Assembly (NCBI GenBank): GCA_038087875.1
Contig: CM075990.1
Coordinates: 7,504,001 to 7,568,000 of the forward strand
Reading direction: 5' to 3'
Source of the DNA: Malacoraja senta
Taxonomy: Eukaryota
DNA length: 64,000 bases
The position numbers and the translations under genes were made by a program. Shown in pieces: positions 35,931-47,635 of this stretch (position 1 is its first letter; every line of letters begins with the position of its first letter). The notes beneath the pieces were generated by a model. It was not told the DNA's origin. It did no database searches and saw nothing but the letters and a program-made list of their open reading frames with translations.

Positions 35931-37859
35931 CTGAAGGGCAGCATTCAGATATAGATATCACCCTGAGAGGAAAGCACTTGAGAGACACCGACTGGTGGGC
36001 TTCCAGTTACCAGCTGAGAAAGAAGCGTTGGCTGTGCAGATCCCCTCCCGAGTGAGGAGAAGTAAATGTTATCAGTCAATGTTCAGATATCAGAGATGGA
36101 GCCAAAGGAACACGAGTCAGTGTACACACATCACCCAGAGAGACACAGAGAGAGACTGAGATATATCAGAGCCCAAGTGTCACCCTGCGCAAGAGGAACA
36201 GAGATACACCAGTCAGCAAACAGATAATCTTTGCTGTCCTTTGGGGCATGCAGCCAGGACAAAGACGAGCAATCAGATCTTGAGTTTCACATTTTGATGT
36301 GATGAATTCTGGCTGTGTTCTTTTTTCGTTGTAAGATTGATTTTTTTTTTTTCCTGGCATTTTTGAACTTTCCGGACTTGCAGTTGGTAATTAAGTTGGT
36401 AAATATGCCGATGCAAAGAAAGCATGTTTTTTTAACGTTGAGCGATTGTTCGAAGGATAGACGCTGAGATGATGGAATTAATTCTGGGTTTCACTGCTCC
36501 ATCTGTTTGCACGGCAGACTGCATTGCAACAGCACATTTATCTCTTTGGAAATCCACGCTCTCAGAGACAGCAAGGTGCCTTTTGCCGAGTCCGCGGGGG
36601 TTACCCCACTCTGGTCCTTGCGTTATCTGTGGAGATAATTCCCACCCTTTCCCCTGGACGGACGGCAGCATGCAGCGGAATGTACCCTGTTAACCTTCTG
36701 CTATGATCAATATTTCTGCAGCTGTGTTAAGTGCAGAGCATAATACAGAGCCGGCCACACTTTGTGGACTGACTGATAAAATACAGGATAGAATATGCTT
36801 TGTCAGCACTATAGTATATCTCTGTTTGATATGTAATTACATTCTGCAGATATAGAACATAATAGCATTATCATATGATACAGGCACCATTGTTCTGCTG
36901 TGCCTGGCTGTCAGTGTTCAATAACGTTGTTGGAAGGAACTGCAGATGCTGGTTTAGACCGAAGATAGACACAAAATGCTGGAGTAAATCAGCGGGACAG
37001 GCAGCATCTCTGGACAGAAGGAATGGGTGATGTTTTGGCTCTTCACACTGATCAGCCATGATCATATTGAAATGCTGGCTCGAAGGGCCGAATGGCCTAC
37101 TCCTGCACCTAGTTTCTATTGGATCTCCAACGTCATCGCACATGGTGTGGTACAGTGAGGGACGGTGCGGTGCCCCCCTGGGCTTCCTCACCGCTGTCGA
37201 TAAAAGATATGGTATGAGTTCACCCCACGATGAGTGTCGGTGTGCTGGCCGCTGAACCCAGTGTCATTCCCCGATACCACATCTTTCATGAACACACGCC
37301 TTCTCCATCCCCCATGAACATTTGTGTCTACCGTTGTCTCATTTCACGCTCCCTTTAACTTACCCAACAACACACATCCCTGTTAATACCATCACACTCG
37401 CTGATTCTATTCAGCTCTTTTTATAGCAGTGGAACTCAAACCCTGCCTCTGTTGTTAGATGAATGTACTTGTTTAAAGCCTCTCATTTTTGTTTCTTTCT
37501 GTCCAAACAACATCAAGATAAACATGATCTATTTTTGCAGATTGAAAAGGAAGGGTGGCCAGGAGCAATGTGGATGTTTTGCAAGCTGACGAGGATGCAT
37601 TGTAAATGATAATAGGTAAATGATAAACACATTGAAAAAGCTTTGCCGGTGAAGAGAAAATAAAATATAGCAGCTTAGACCCTCCAGCGAAACTAACATT
37701 AAATCTAACTATAAGGTTCAGAGACTTGCCTTAATTAATGGAACTAATGGAAAAATAATGGCAGGAAAGATCCCCATATCCAGATGACCTCCATCCACGG
37801 ATTTTACAAGAAGGTTATGAGACCATTACTCGTACTCTAACCATATCCTTCTGCAGTTT

Positions 37860-38089
37860 GTTGGAAGGAACTGCAGATGCTGGTTTACACCGAAGATGGA
37901 CACAAAATGCTGGAGTAACTCAGCGGGTCAGGCAGCATCTCTGGAGAAAAGGAATAGGGGATGTTTCAGGTCGAGACCCATCTTCAGACTTATCTGAAGA
38001 AGGGTCTCAACCCGTAACGTCACCCATTACTTCTCTCCGGAGATGCTGCCTGACCCGTTGAGTTACTCCAGCTTTTTGTGTCCATCTTC
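37860..38089. mobile_element. Fold-back PLE repeat dimer
   Basis: ~100-bp inverted arms meeting at CTTCAGACTTATCTGAAG. Confidence 0.85.
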
Positions 38090-38199
38090 CTTCAAGACGT
38101 TTCGCAATGCATGACTGTTCATATAATTGGATAGCTGGGTGTATCACTCAACTAGTTTAAAAAGGTAACATTGAAAACCAAACAATAATAGGTCCATGA

Positions 38200-38264
38200 G
38201 CCCAGCATGTATTCTCTGGAGAAAATGAACGCAAAGTGCTGGAGTACCTCAATGGGTCAAGCAC

Positions 38265-38299
<35 letters not shown>

Positions 38300-39228
38300 G
38301 GGTGATATACTGTATGTACACTGATACCGAACATGGATATTTGTGATCTTTCAGACTGATTGGTGGGTGGTGGTGGAGGTGGAGAAAGCAGGAAGAGAAG
38401 AGGGGCAAGACAAAGTCCAGAGGGGCAAGACAAAGCCCAGAGGGGCAAGACAAAGGCCAGAGGGGCAAGACAAAGCCCAGAGGGGCAAGACAAAGGCCAG
38501 AGGGGCAAGACAAAGGCCAGAGGGGCAAGACAAAGCCCAGAGGGGCAAGACAAAGCCCAGCAGGTAAGAGGTGGATACAAGTGAGGAAGATGGTTGGAAA
38601 AAGGCCAGAGATGAAAAGACAGACAGTGTAAGAGAAAAGGATTGAAGAGTTGCAAACTGTGAAGCTGGAGGAAGGAATGTAGGAATAGTATTCAGTCCAG
38701 GCGAGGCACAGAGGAGGGGGGGGGGGAAGGGAGGTATAGGAGGTTGAAGGGGAGGGGAGGTTTATAGAGGACTTAGGTTTAAGGTTTAAGGCAAAAGGGA
38801 AAAGATTTCATAGGAATGTCCAGGGGTGACGTTTTCATACAAAGGGTGGAGGGTGTATGGAACAAGCTGCCAGAGGAGGTAGTTGAGGTCGGGACTATCC
38901 CAACGTTTAAGAAACAGTTAGACAGGTACATGGATCAGACAGGTTTGGAGGGATATGGGTCAAAGGTGGGACTAGTGTAGCTGGGACATGTTGGCCGGTG
39001 TGGGCAGGTTAGGCCAAAGGGCCTGTTTCCACTCTGTATCACTATGACTCTAAAATTGGAGAATTCAATATTCATACCGTTGCATTGTAAACTTCAGACT
39101 GAAGAAGGATCCCGGTGCAAATTGTCATCTATTCATGTTCTCCAGAGATGCTGCGTGAGCCGCGGAGTTACTCCAGCACTTTGTGTCGTTCTCTGTAAAC
39201 CAGCATCTGCAGATTCTTGTTTCTACAC
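38200..39228 (-). mobile_element. 5'-truncated PLE with inverted terminal repeat; nested CR1 end (38780-39050)
   Basis: Terminal repeat, G-rich UTR, ORF end LQCNGMNIEFSNF (39053-39090), then a + strand terminal repeat 39095-39228. Confidence 0.7.
38401..38560. repeat. 20-bp minisatellite x8 within the PLE 3'UTR
   Basis: AGGGGCAAGACAAAG(T/C/G)CCAG. Confidence 0.95.
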
Positions 39229-39794
39229 GGGTTGTTAAGTAGTTGCCAATATGCTTAAAATTTGTCAATTGATCATTGTGTGTCAACATGGATGTGTACT
39301 GGGTCAATTGTGTCTGGTAAGCCTGGATTAGCTTCTTAAATGAAAGAATAAACTGGGGAAGGCCAATTGACGTTTTCAAGTAGACATCCGAAGGGGATTT
39401 GATAAAGTCTTTCATTCAGAACTTCCAGACAGACTAGAAGACAGTTTATTGACCCATCTGGGAAATTGGCTGAGTTACGGGTAACAGGGGGGAGGAAAAG
39501 TGGGCAAATACTCGATAATCAGGAGGTGACTAAGTCCATCAAGGTTAGGCATTTGCCTGCCATCATTCACCTTGTTTATCCATTATTTAGATGATGAGCT
39601 AAAATGTTTTCCGATGGTACGATAGAAGTAGTGTAAATGGATGCATCCTCTCACAGAGTTATTAACAAGTTGGATCATAGTGGATCCCGCTCACTCCACA
39701 TATTTATAACCATGCTGTTCCCTTGGATCCACTTATGGCCCCTCCAGCTCTCACTGCTTTGAACATCCCAAAGAATGCAGTCGAACTTGAGTAA

Positions 39795-40113
39795 AATGGG
39801 CAGCACAAAAGTGCCACTGCCTCACTGTGCCAGAGACCTGAGCTCGATCCTGACCTCGGCTGCTGAATGTGTGGAGTTTGCACTTTCTACCTGTGACCAC
39901 AAGGGTTTATTCCGGTTGCTGCCATTTCCTCCCGCATCCCAATGGTGTGTATGTTTGTAGGTTAGTTGGCCTCTGTAAATTGCCCTCTCGTGTGTTGGGA
40001 GTGGATGAGAAAGTGGGATAGCATAGAACTAGTGTGGACGGGTGATCGATGTTCGGCATGGACTCGGTGGACGATAGGACCTGTATCTATGCTGTATCTC
40101 CAAACTAAACTAA
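39795..40113 (+). mobile_element. HE1-like SINE (older subfamily)
   Basis: Head, V-domain, tail. Confidence 0.85.
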
Positions 40114-40257
40114 TCGAAACCACTGGAGCTCAGGTGATAGATGCCAAGGACATGCGCAAGACACCACGATGGCCTTTTGTACGTAACTCTGATGGTCAGA
40201 AAAGTTTAACAATTGATTTGGTAAGAAAATCTATCCAAAATAAAAAAAATAAATAAA

Positions 40258-40642
40258 TGGTTTAGTTTAGAGAGACACTACGGAAACAGGCCCTTCAGCC
40301 CGCTGAGTCTGTGCCAACCAGCGATCCTTGCACACTTGCACTATTCTACACACACTAGGGACAATTTACAATGATATCAAGGGATGATCAGCCATGATCA
40401 CATTGAATGGCGGTGCTGGCTCGAAGGGCCGAATGGCCTACTACTGCACCTGTTGTCTATTGTCTAATTAACCTACAAACCTGTACGTCTGTGGAGTGTG
40501 GGAGGAAACTGGAGCACCCAGAGAAAATCCACGCAGGTCACGGGGAGAACGTACAAACTCCGTACAGACAGCACCCGTAGTCAGGATCGAACCCGTGTCT
40601 CTTGCGTGGTAAGGGAACAACTCGACCGCTGCCCCACCGTGT
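40258..40642 (-). mobile_element. HE1-like SINE with nested ~90-bp CR1 tail (40380-40467, +)
   Basis: SINE motifs on both sides of ATGATCAGCCATGATC...(ATTGTCT)n. Confidence 0.85.
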
Positions 40643-41249
40643 CTCCTTCAAAAAGGTTCAAAAAGGTTTTGGGTCGAGTAAACATTAAAATGCCTGAGAC
40701 TAAAAGAGAAAATAATCCAAAAGTCAAATGCAAAATCAATACATGCCCAGAGCTGCTATCTACCTCATTTGAGACCCTCAGACTGTCTTTAATCAGACTT
40801 TACTGGACTTTATCTTGCACTAACTTTATCTGTGCTCTGTGGATGGCTCAATTGTAATCATATCTTGTCTTTCCACTGACTGGTTAGCATGCAACAAAAG
40901 CTTTTCACTGTACCTTAGTACACGTGACAATAAACTAAACTAAACTGAACAAATCAGGAGCATATCAACCATTCCCAAGTCATTGGTACTGATGTGAATG
41001 GTTAAAAACGTTTGTTCCCCATGGTTGAGGCCTTGGTTATGACTATGAACGTTCCATCTAATCATATACTAGGGGTATTCACATTCTAATGTGGATCAAT
41101 CATTCACTTCCCACCATGGCAGTACAGTTTCTGGCAGTCCCCATGGTTACTCCTGCCAATTTTTAATAGTTTCTGCTCCTCCTAACCTTGCAACCATTGG
41201 AGTCTATTGGCATGGAATCCATTTTCAAATTCATCCATTGTAATCCCTG

Positions 41250-41830
41250 CACTCTCCCTCTCTCTATTTGTTTCCCCTTTTGTCTCTGTCTGTCTCGCTG
41301 TCTCTCTGTCTCGCACTCTCTTTGTGTCATTCTCTCTTTCTACTAGTCTGTCTTCATCCCTGTGTGTGTGTCTCTCTCTCTCTAGCTGATCACATCTGTA
41401 TGTCACCCTCAGTCTCTCCCGCTGTCTCTCTCTCATTGTCTCTCTTCCACTGTCTGCTCTCTCTCCCCACATCTGTCCCCCCTTTCAAACATCCTGTTTT
41501 TATTTCAATGTTCCTTCTTAATCTCTCTGTCGTATTCCCATCTCTCTAATTATTCTCACCCTTTCCTTGTCTCCTCTACCCCTCACCGTTTCTTTCACCT
41601 CCTGGTCTCATACTTCCCTTCTCATCCCTGTCTCTTAATCTCTTCTTATACACTCCTCCCTCTGTCTCTCTCTCTGTGCCTCTCTCTCCCTCCGTGTGCG
41701 TGTGTGTGTGTCTCTCCCTCTCTCCGTGTCTCTATCTCCCTCTGTGTCTCTCTTTGCGCCCCTCTGCACCAGTTGTGCTCTCTCTCTGCACCTATTACTG
41801 TGTGTGTCTCTCTCCCTCTCTCTGCCCCTC
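41250..41830. repeat. CT/GT-rich low-complexity region
   Basis: Imperfect (TC)n/(TG)n. Confidence 0.9.
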
Positions 41831-41886
41831 TAACATATTTGTATTCAGCGTGTGCTCGTCTATGAATTACACGTGTTACCGAGTGG

Positions 41887-42260
41887 GGTCGGGTACTTTT
41901 TGGCGCTGCCATTCCGGCACCGCTGTTTCGCCGCCTCCGTTTTGGAGGGTTAGGGTTAGCGTTAACTGAAAAGAGTTTGAGAATAGAAAGAGCTACATAA
42001 ACATTATGTAGCAGCATTGATCAGGTTGATGAGTAGTTCAGTTAGAAAACTGAATTTAGTATCGAGTCAGGAAGAGAAAGCTAAAAAGAAAGACAAAAAA
42101 AAGCCAACTTGGATTCTGAAACAAAAGTAAAAAGGACAGAACGTAAAAGCTAACCCTAACCCTAACCCTAACCCTAACCCTAACCCTAACCCTCACCCTC
42201 ACCCTAACCCTCCAAAACGGAGGCGCCGAAACGGCGGCGGCGAATGGTACCATTCCGACC
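41887..42260. mobile_element. Inverted-repeat (MITE-like) element with telomeric repeats in both arms
   Basis: GGTCGG...GTTTCGCCGCCTCCGTTTTGGAGGGTTAGGGTTAG / (TAACCC)n TCCAAAACGGAGGCGCCGAAAC...CCGACC; flanks GAGTGG / GAGTGT. Confidence 0.7.
42151..42210 (-). repeat. Interstitial telomeric repeat (TTAGGG)10
   Basis: 8 TAACCC plus 2 TCACCC units. Confidence 0.95.
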
Positions 42261-42399
42261 GAGTGTACACGCAAGACAAGGGAACTTCAAACAAAAGGTG
42301 ATGTTCCGATTCAAGGACCCTTCACAAACTGGTCTCGAGAACTTTACTTTAGATATTCTTGCAACCCAGTGATGCGTTCCTGAAAGGAGTGACAAACTC

Positions 42400-43200
42400 T
42401 GGCCAAGAGAGCAAACCAATGACACAACTTCCTTCAGAAGATGAAGGAAACACAGTTGGTCTCCAATAACTCTTACCAGTTTCTGCAGATGAACCCTGGA
42501 ACTCATCTGATCATGATGCAACACATCTTGGTTCAGCATCAACACTTTCCAAGACCAAAATAAACTACAGAGAGTTTAGTTTAGTTTAGTTTAGAGATAC
42601 AGCACGGAAATAGGCTCTTCAGCCCACCGAGTCCGCGCCGACCAGCGATCCCCGCATATTAACACTATCCTACACACACATTATGGACAATTTACTTTTT
42701 TATACCAAGCCAATTAACCTGCAAACCTGTACGTCTCTGGAAAATCTTGGAAAATCCCACACAGGTCACGGGGAGAAGGTACAAACTCCATACAGACAGC
42801 CCCGTAGTCGGGATCGAACCCGCTACACCACCAGGCCGTTGTGGACACAGTCTTGGCCATTATGCAAACCAGCCTCTGCCCATCAAACCCATCTATTCTT
42901 CATGCTGCTTCAGGCAAGCAGTCTGCATTATCAAGGACTGCTCACAACCCCAGTCATTCATTCTTTGACCCTCTCCCATCAGGCAGAAGATTCAAAACTT
43001 GAAAGCACGGACATTATATTCAGAACACGGACATTATTATCAGACCCTTGAACGGACTTCCCAAATGCTAAGGATGTACTCCTGACCTTCCAATCTACCT
43101 TGTTGCAGCCCTTGCACTTTTTTATCTGCACTTCACTGCAGCTGCAGCTTTGTTTTATACTTTGTATATTTTCTCTTTCACTTACGTTATGATTGTACTC
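42400..43200 (+). mobile_element. Old Rex1/Babar-type LINE fragment with nested HE1 SINE (42574-42830, -)
   Basis: Decayed FLRRxRK...TLTxFxRxT and HSFFDPLPSGRRF motifs. Confidence 0.65.
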
Positions 43201-43204
43201 ATAT

Positions 43205-43950
43205 ATTAGGAAAAGGGGAGATGCAGCGAGACCTGGGTGTCATGGTATACCAGTCATTGAAAGTAGGCATGCAGGTGCAGCAGGCAGTGAAGAAAGCGAA
43301 TGGTATGTTAGCGTTCATAGCAAAAGGATTTGAGTATAGGAGCAGGGAGGTTCTACTGCAGTTGTACAGGGTCTTGGTGAGACCACACCTGGAGTATTGC
43401 GTACAGTTTTGGTCTTCTAATCTGAGGAAAGACATTCTTGCCATAGAGGGAGTACAGAGAAGGTTCACCAGACTGATTCCTGGGATGTCAGGACTTTCAT
43501 ATGGAGAAAGACTGGATAGACTCGGCTTGTACTCGTTAGAATTTAGAAGATTGAGGGGGGATCTTATAGAAACTTACAAAATTCTTAAGGGGTTGGACAG
43601 GCTAGATGCAGGAAGATTGTTCCCGATGTTGGTGAAGTCCAGAACAAGGGGTCACAGTTCAAGGATAAAGGGGAAATCTTTTAGGACCGAGATGAGAAAA
43701 TCATTTTTTACACAGAGAGTGGTGAATGTGTAATTCTCTGCCACAGAAGGTAGTTGAGGCCAGTTCATTGGCTATATTTAAGAGGGAGTTAGATGTGGCC
43801 CTTGTGGCTAAAGGGATCAGGGGGTATGGAGAGAAGGCAGGTACAGGATACTGAGTTGGATGATCAGCCATGATCATATTGAATGGCGGTGCAGGCTCGA
43901 AGGGTCGAATGTCCTACTCCTGCACCTATTTTCTATGTTTCTATGCTTCT
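43205..43950 (+). mobile_element. Young 5'-truncated CR1 (HER1-like) LINE
   Basis: ORF 43221-43733 QRDLGV...KKANGMLAFI...LVRPHLEYCVQFW...VQRRFTRLIPG...RTRGHS; full tail. Confidence 0.95.
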
Positions 43951-44022
43951 ATATATGATATGATCTGCCCGGAAAGCACGAAAAACAAAGTTTTTCATTG
44001 TGTCTTGCTTCACATGACAATA

Positions 44023-44505
44023 GGAAAATCGAAGATAGACACAAAAAGCTGGAGTAACTCAGTGGGTCAGACAGCCTCTCTGGAGAAAAGGAATAGGTGA
44101 CATTTTGGGTCGAGACCCTTCTTCGGACAGAGAGTCAGGGAAAATGTAAACAAGGGATATATACAGTGATGTAGAGAGATAGAGAACAAATGAATGAAAG
44201 ATATGCAAAAAAGTAACTATGATAAAGAAAACAGGCCATTGTTAGCTGTGGGTGAGGTGAAAACAAGTTACAGACAATGAGACTCAACAAGATGACGTTG
44301 AAACTTGTCCAACGACTTGGATGGGGGAGGGACGGAGAGAGAGGGGATGTAATGCTTACTTGAAGTAAGAGAAATCGATATTCATACCGCTGGGGTGTAA
44401 GCTGCCCAAGTGAAATATGAGATACTGTTCTTTCAATTTGAGTGTGGCCTCTCTCTGACGGTGGAGGAGGCCCAGGACAGAAAGGTCATCGTGGGAATGG
44501 GAAGG
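44023..44505 (-). mobile_element. Penelope-like element 3' fragment (GIY-YIG C-terminus + UTR + terminal repeat)
   Basis: 44505-44356 translates PSHSHDDLSVLGLLHRQREATLKLKEQYLIFHLGSLHPSGMNIDFSYFK*. Confidence 0.85.
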
Positions 44506-44931
44506 AAAGCAACATCAATACAACATTAAAACCACTATAATTGGTTGGCAGTGACGTTGCATAGATTACTGGTGTTTCTTGTAAACAAAGAATATCAGAC
44601 TGTACACTTTACACATTTGGTTGAGTCATTGGTTTGTGTGCACTTGTGACCTCAGCAGTAGTGCTGATGATGCTTCTGCAGAAGTTGTAGATTCACCAGC
44701 TAGGTTTGAAGTATCATCCATTTCTGAACTTAACGATCTTGTCTCACCTTGACTTTCATTGGTACATCAAAAGTCGACCCCTCGGACATTTTGGTTCTTG
44801 GTTTGACTGCAAGTACTGTCACTCAGACTAGAGAAGTTGATAGTAAAATATGATTTTTTGATAGGAGTCAGCACCGTAACTAAACAGTATGGGCACGGCA
44901 ACATTTCAGGGTGAGGTTCACAAATCTTTAT

Positions 44932-45230
44932 TTTTGTTTAGAGATACAGCGCGGAAACAGACCCTTCGACCCTCAGAATCCGCACCAACCAGCGATCCCC
45001 GCACATTAACACTTAGCCTACACACACTAAAGACAATTTACACTTAAACCAAGCCAATTAACCTACAAACCTGTGAGAGGAAACCGAAGATCTCAGAGAA
45101 AACCCACGCGGTCACGGGGAGAACGTACAAGCTCCGTAGAGACACCACCCGTAGTTGGGATCGAACCTTGGTCTCTGGCGCTGCAAGTGCTGTAAGGCAG
45201 CAACTCTACCGCTGCGCCACTGTGCCGCCC
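44932..45230 (-). mobile_element. HE1-like SINE, anticodon-duplication subfamily
   Basis: Head with GCGCTGCAA-GTGCTGTAA duplication, V-domain, tail. Confidence 0.9.
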
Positions 45231-45419
45231 CAAATGTATATCCTAAAAGTACGCTCACACATACTGTATATACTTCAATTCTACTGTGAAGTGTACTTAC
45301 ACTCATACATACTTCATTTCCACAGTTAATAAACCAATGCAAACCACTCACTGTCGTGATGTTGGGTTACGATATAAGATTACAATTAAAACACAAAGTA
45401 CTTGTGCTATGACACCAGG

Positions 45420-45876
45420 ATATGAGGAAAGATTGAAAAGACTAGGGTTGTATTCACTGGAGTTTAGAAGGATGAGGGGGATCTTATAGAAACATATAAA
45501 ATTATAAATGGACTGGACAAGCTAGATGCAGGACAAATGTTCCCAATGTTGGGCGAGTCCAGAAGCAGGGGCTACAGACTTAGAATAAAGGGGAGGCCAT
45601 TTAAGACTGAGGTGAGAAAAAACGTTTTCACCTAGAGAGTTGTGAATTTATGGAATTCCCTGCCACAGAGGGCAGTGGAGGCCAAATCTTTGGATGGATT
45701 TAAGAGAGAGTTAGATAGAGCTTTAGGGGCTAGTGGAGTCAAGGGATATGGGGAGAAGGCAGGCACGGGTTATTGATTAGGGACGATCAGCCATAATCGC
45801 AATGAATGGCGGTGCTGGCTCGAAGGGCCGAATGGCCTCCTCCTGCACCCATTTTCTATGTTTCTATGTTTCTATG
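45420..45876 (+). mobile_element. CR1 3' fragment, same subfamily as 3661-4205
   Basis: YEERLKRLGLYSLEFRRMRG; (TTTCTATG)n tail. Confidence 0.92.
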
Positions 45877-46129
45877 ATAAGCTCTCGACCAAGAAAACTA
45901 AGCCCAAAGCCAAAGTTGTATCTGAACTGCTTAGACACACTAATACTAAGGACTATAACTAACTCCACATGTAATAATAAGCTACCTACATGTTAACAAG
46001 CAAATACAAACTGAACATGTAGTAGCAAGTATATCATTGCGGTTATAAAGTGGACACCTCTCTAACGTAATACCTGCACATCAGAAATGATGCATTTAAC
46101 AAATTCTATATAAATACAAATACATATAT

Positions 46130-46315
46130 AGTTGCTGCCTTACAGCCCTTTCATCACCAGAGACCTGGGTTGGATCCTGACTATGGGTGCTGTCTATGGT
46201 TTGTAATGCATGGGTTTTCTCCGAGATCTTCGGTTACCCTCCCACACTCCAAAGACGTACAGGTTTGTAGGTTAATTGGCTTTCTATAAATGTAAATTAT
46301 CCCGAGTGTGTGTGT
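46130..46315 (+). mobile_element. HE1-like SINE running into (TG)n and the gap
   Basis: Head remnant, V-domain. Confidence 0.85.
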
Positions 46316-46515
46316 NNNNNNNNNNNNNNNNNNNNNNNNNNNNNNNNNNNNNNNNNNNNNNNNNNNNNNNNNNNNNNNNNNNNNNNNNNNNNNNNNNNNN
46401 NNNNNNNNNNNNNNNNNNNNNNNNNNNNNNNNNNNNNNNNNNNNNNNNNNNNNNNNNNNNNNNNNNNNNNNNNNNNNNNNNNNNNNNNNNNNNNNNNNNN
46501 NNNNNNNNNNNNNNN
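46316..46515. other. Assembly gap (200 N)
   Basis: Run of N. Confidence 1.
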
Positions 46516-46754
46516 AGCTTGCCAGGAATTGAAAGCCTTGGTGAGCTGGGTCAGTGACTGATGGAGGCACCGTCAGTGGGACAGTGTATAGTCGCAGGAA
46601 CAGGAATGGGGGGGGGGGGGGGGATTCTGCAGCAGTCAGAAAGGCCATACCGAAGGGGCATTGTACTAGGAGCCCAGTGCTGGACAGATTGAAGGGCAGG
46701 ACTGCAGCCACCCGGCAGAGTCATGGAGTACTGAGCAAGCCCACTCTGCACTGT

Positions 46755-47635
46755 TTTTATATCCAAAACTAAATGTAATCAATTATTGCACGAATAATAT
46801 ATACAGTACAAAGCAATGCCAGACAAACCCACCGCCATAATACAAAATCACCCATTTATTTAAACAAATATTCTTAAATGTCAAATATACTCTTAAACAA
46901 CGATATCACCATCCTTATTGAAGCCCCTGTCCCACTGTACGAGGTAATTCAAGAGTTCCTCCCGAGTTTTTCCCCGATTCGAACTCGGTGAATGTCCGTA
47001 GCGGGTTCGTAGGAGTTCGTGGATGTCTCGTATCGGCTCGTACGAGTAAAAAGTAACAATTTTTTTCATCACGCGTATTTTTTTACTCTGTGGACATTTA
47101 TCACAGTGTTGAAAATACGTCACGAGTTTACCCGGATTTCCGAGTACCTACCGTTAGCATTACGAGCCGCCACGAGACATCCACGAACTCCTACGGACCC
47201 GCTACGGACATTCTCCGAGTTCGGATCAGGGGGAAAACTCGGGGAAAACTCTTGAAGTACCTCGTACAGTGGGACAGGGCCTTTAGGATGAATTCCACCC
47301 CCCCCCCCCCCCCCCTCCCCCGCCGGGTGCCCAGCGGTCCCTGAAATTGCCCAGGACGCCCGTGGACAACACCTAGTCCCTCTCTAAAACCACCCAGGCG
47401 TGGACGTAACCCCGGATAAGGGGGCAGGCAGCCGGCTTGGGCAGAGCCCTCTTCCGCCAGGCGAGGTGACTCGCGGATGGCCAGCTTGGCCAGGCCTAGG
47501 AGCAAACCTGGCCAGGACATCTTCAGCCCTACCCTCTCCCCTACGCACAGGGTGTCCAAAGATGAGGATGGTGGGCGTGAAGTGCAGCCAGAAGGCAAGG
47601 AGCAGCCCCTTTAGAGACTCTTCACTGTTAAACGG
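46755..47635 (-). mobile_element. Tx1-like LINE 3' end, split by a MITE
   Basis: Minus strand FWLHFTPTILIFGHPV...LLLGLAKLAIRES...GCLPLIRGYV...FRDRWAPGG...VEFIL|KDGDIVV* then AT-rich 3'UTR. Confidence 0.8.
46922..47282. mobile_element. PIF/Harbinger-type MITE with ~120-bp inverted arms
   Basis: AGCCCCTGTCCCACTGTACGAGGTA / TACCTCGTACAGTGGGACAGGGCCT; flanks TGA/TTA. Confidence 0.88.

Noticed and set aside
38157..38655. Repetitive ORFs on both strands
   Set aside because: Product of the 20-bp minisatellite
41945..42210. Ancestral telomere-telomere chromosome fusion
   Set aside because: Arrays are very short, embedded in matched non-telomeric inverted arms with a TSD-like flank; a transposon is the simpler explanation
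43221..43733. 170-aa ORF as a host gene
   Set aside because: CR1 ORF2 C-terminal fragment, 5'-truncated, with a premature stop
44665..44730. C/D box snoRNA (TGATGA...CTGA)
   Set aside because: C box lacks the leading purine, terminal stem is weak, and no rRNA-complementary guide was recognised
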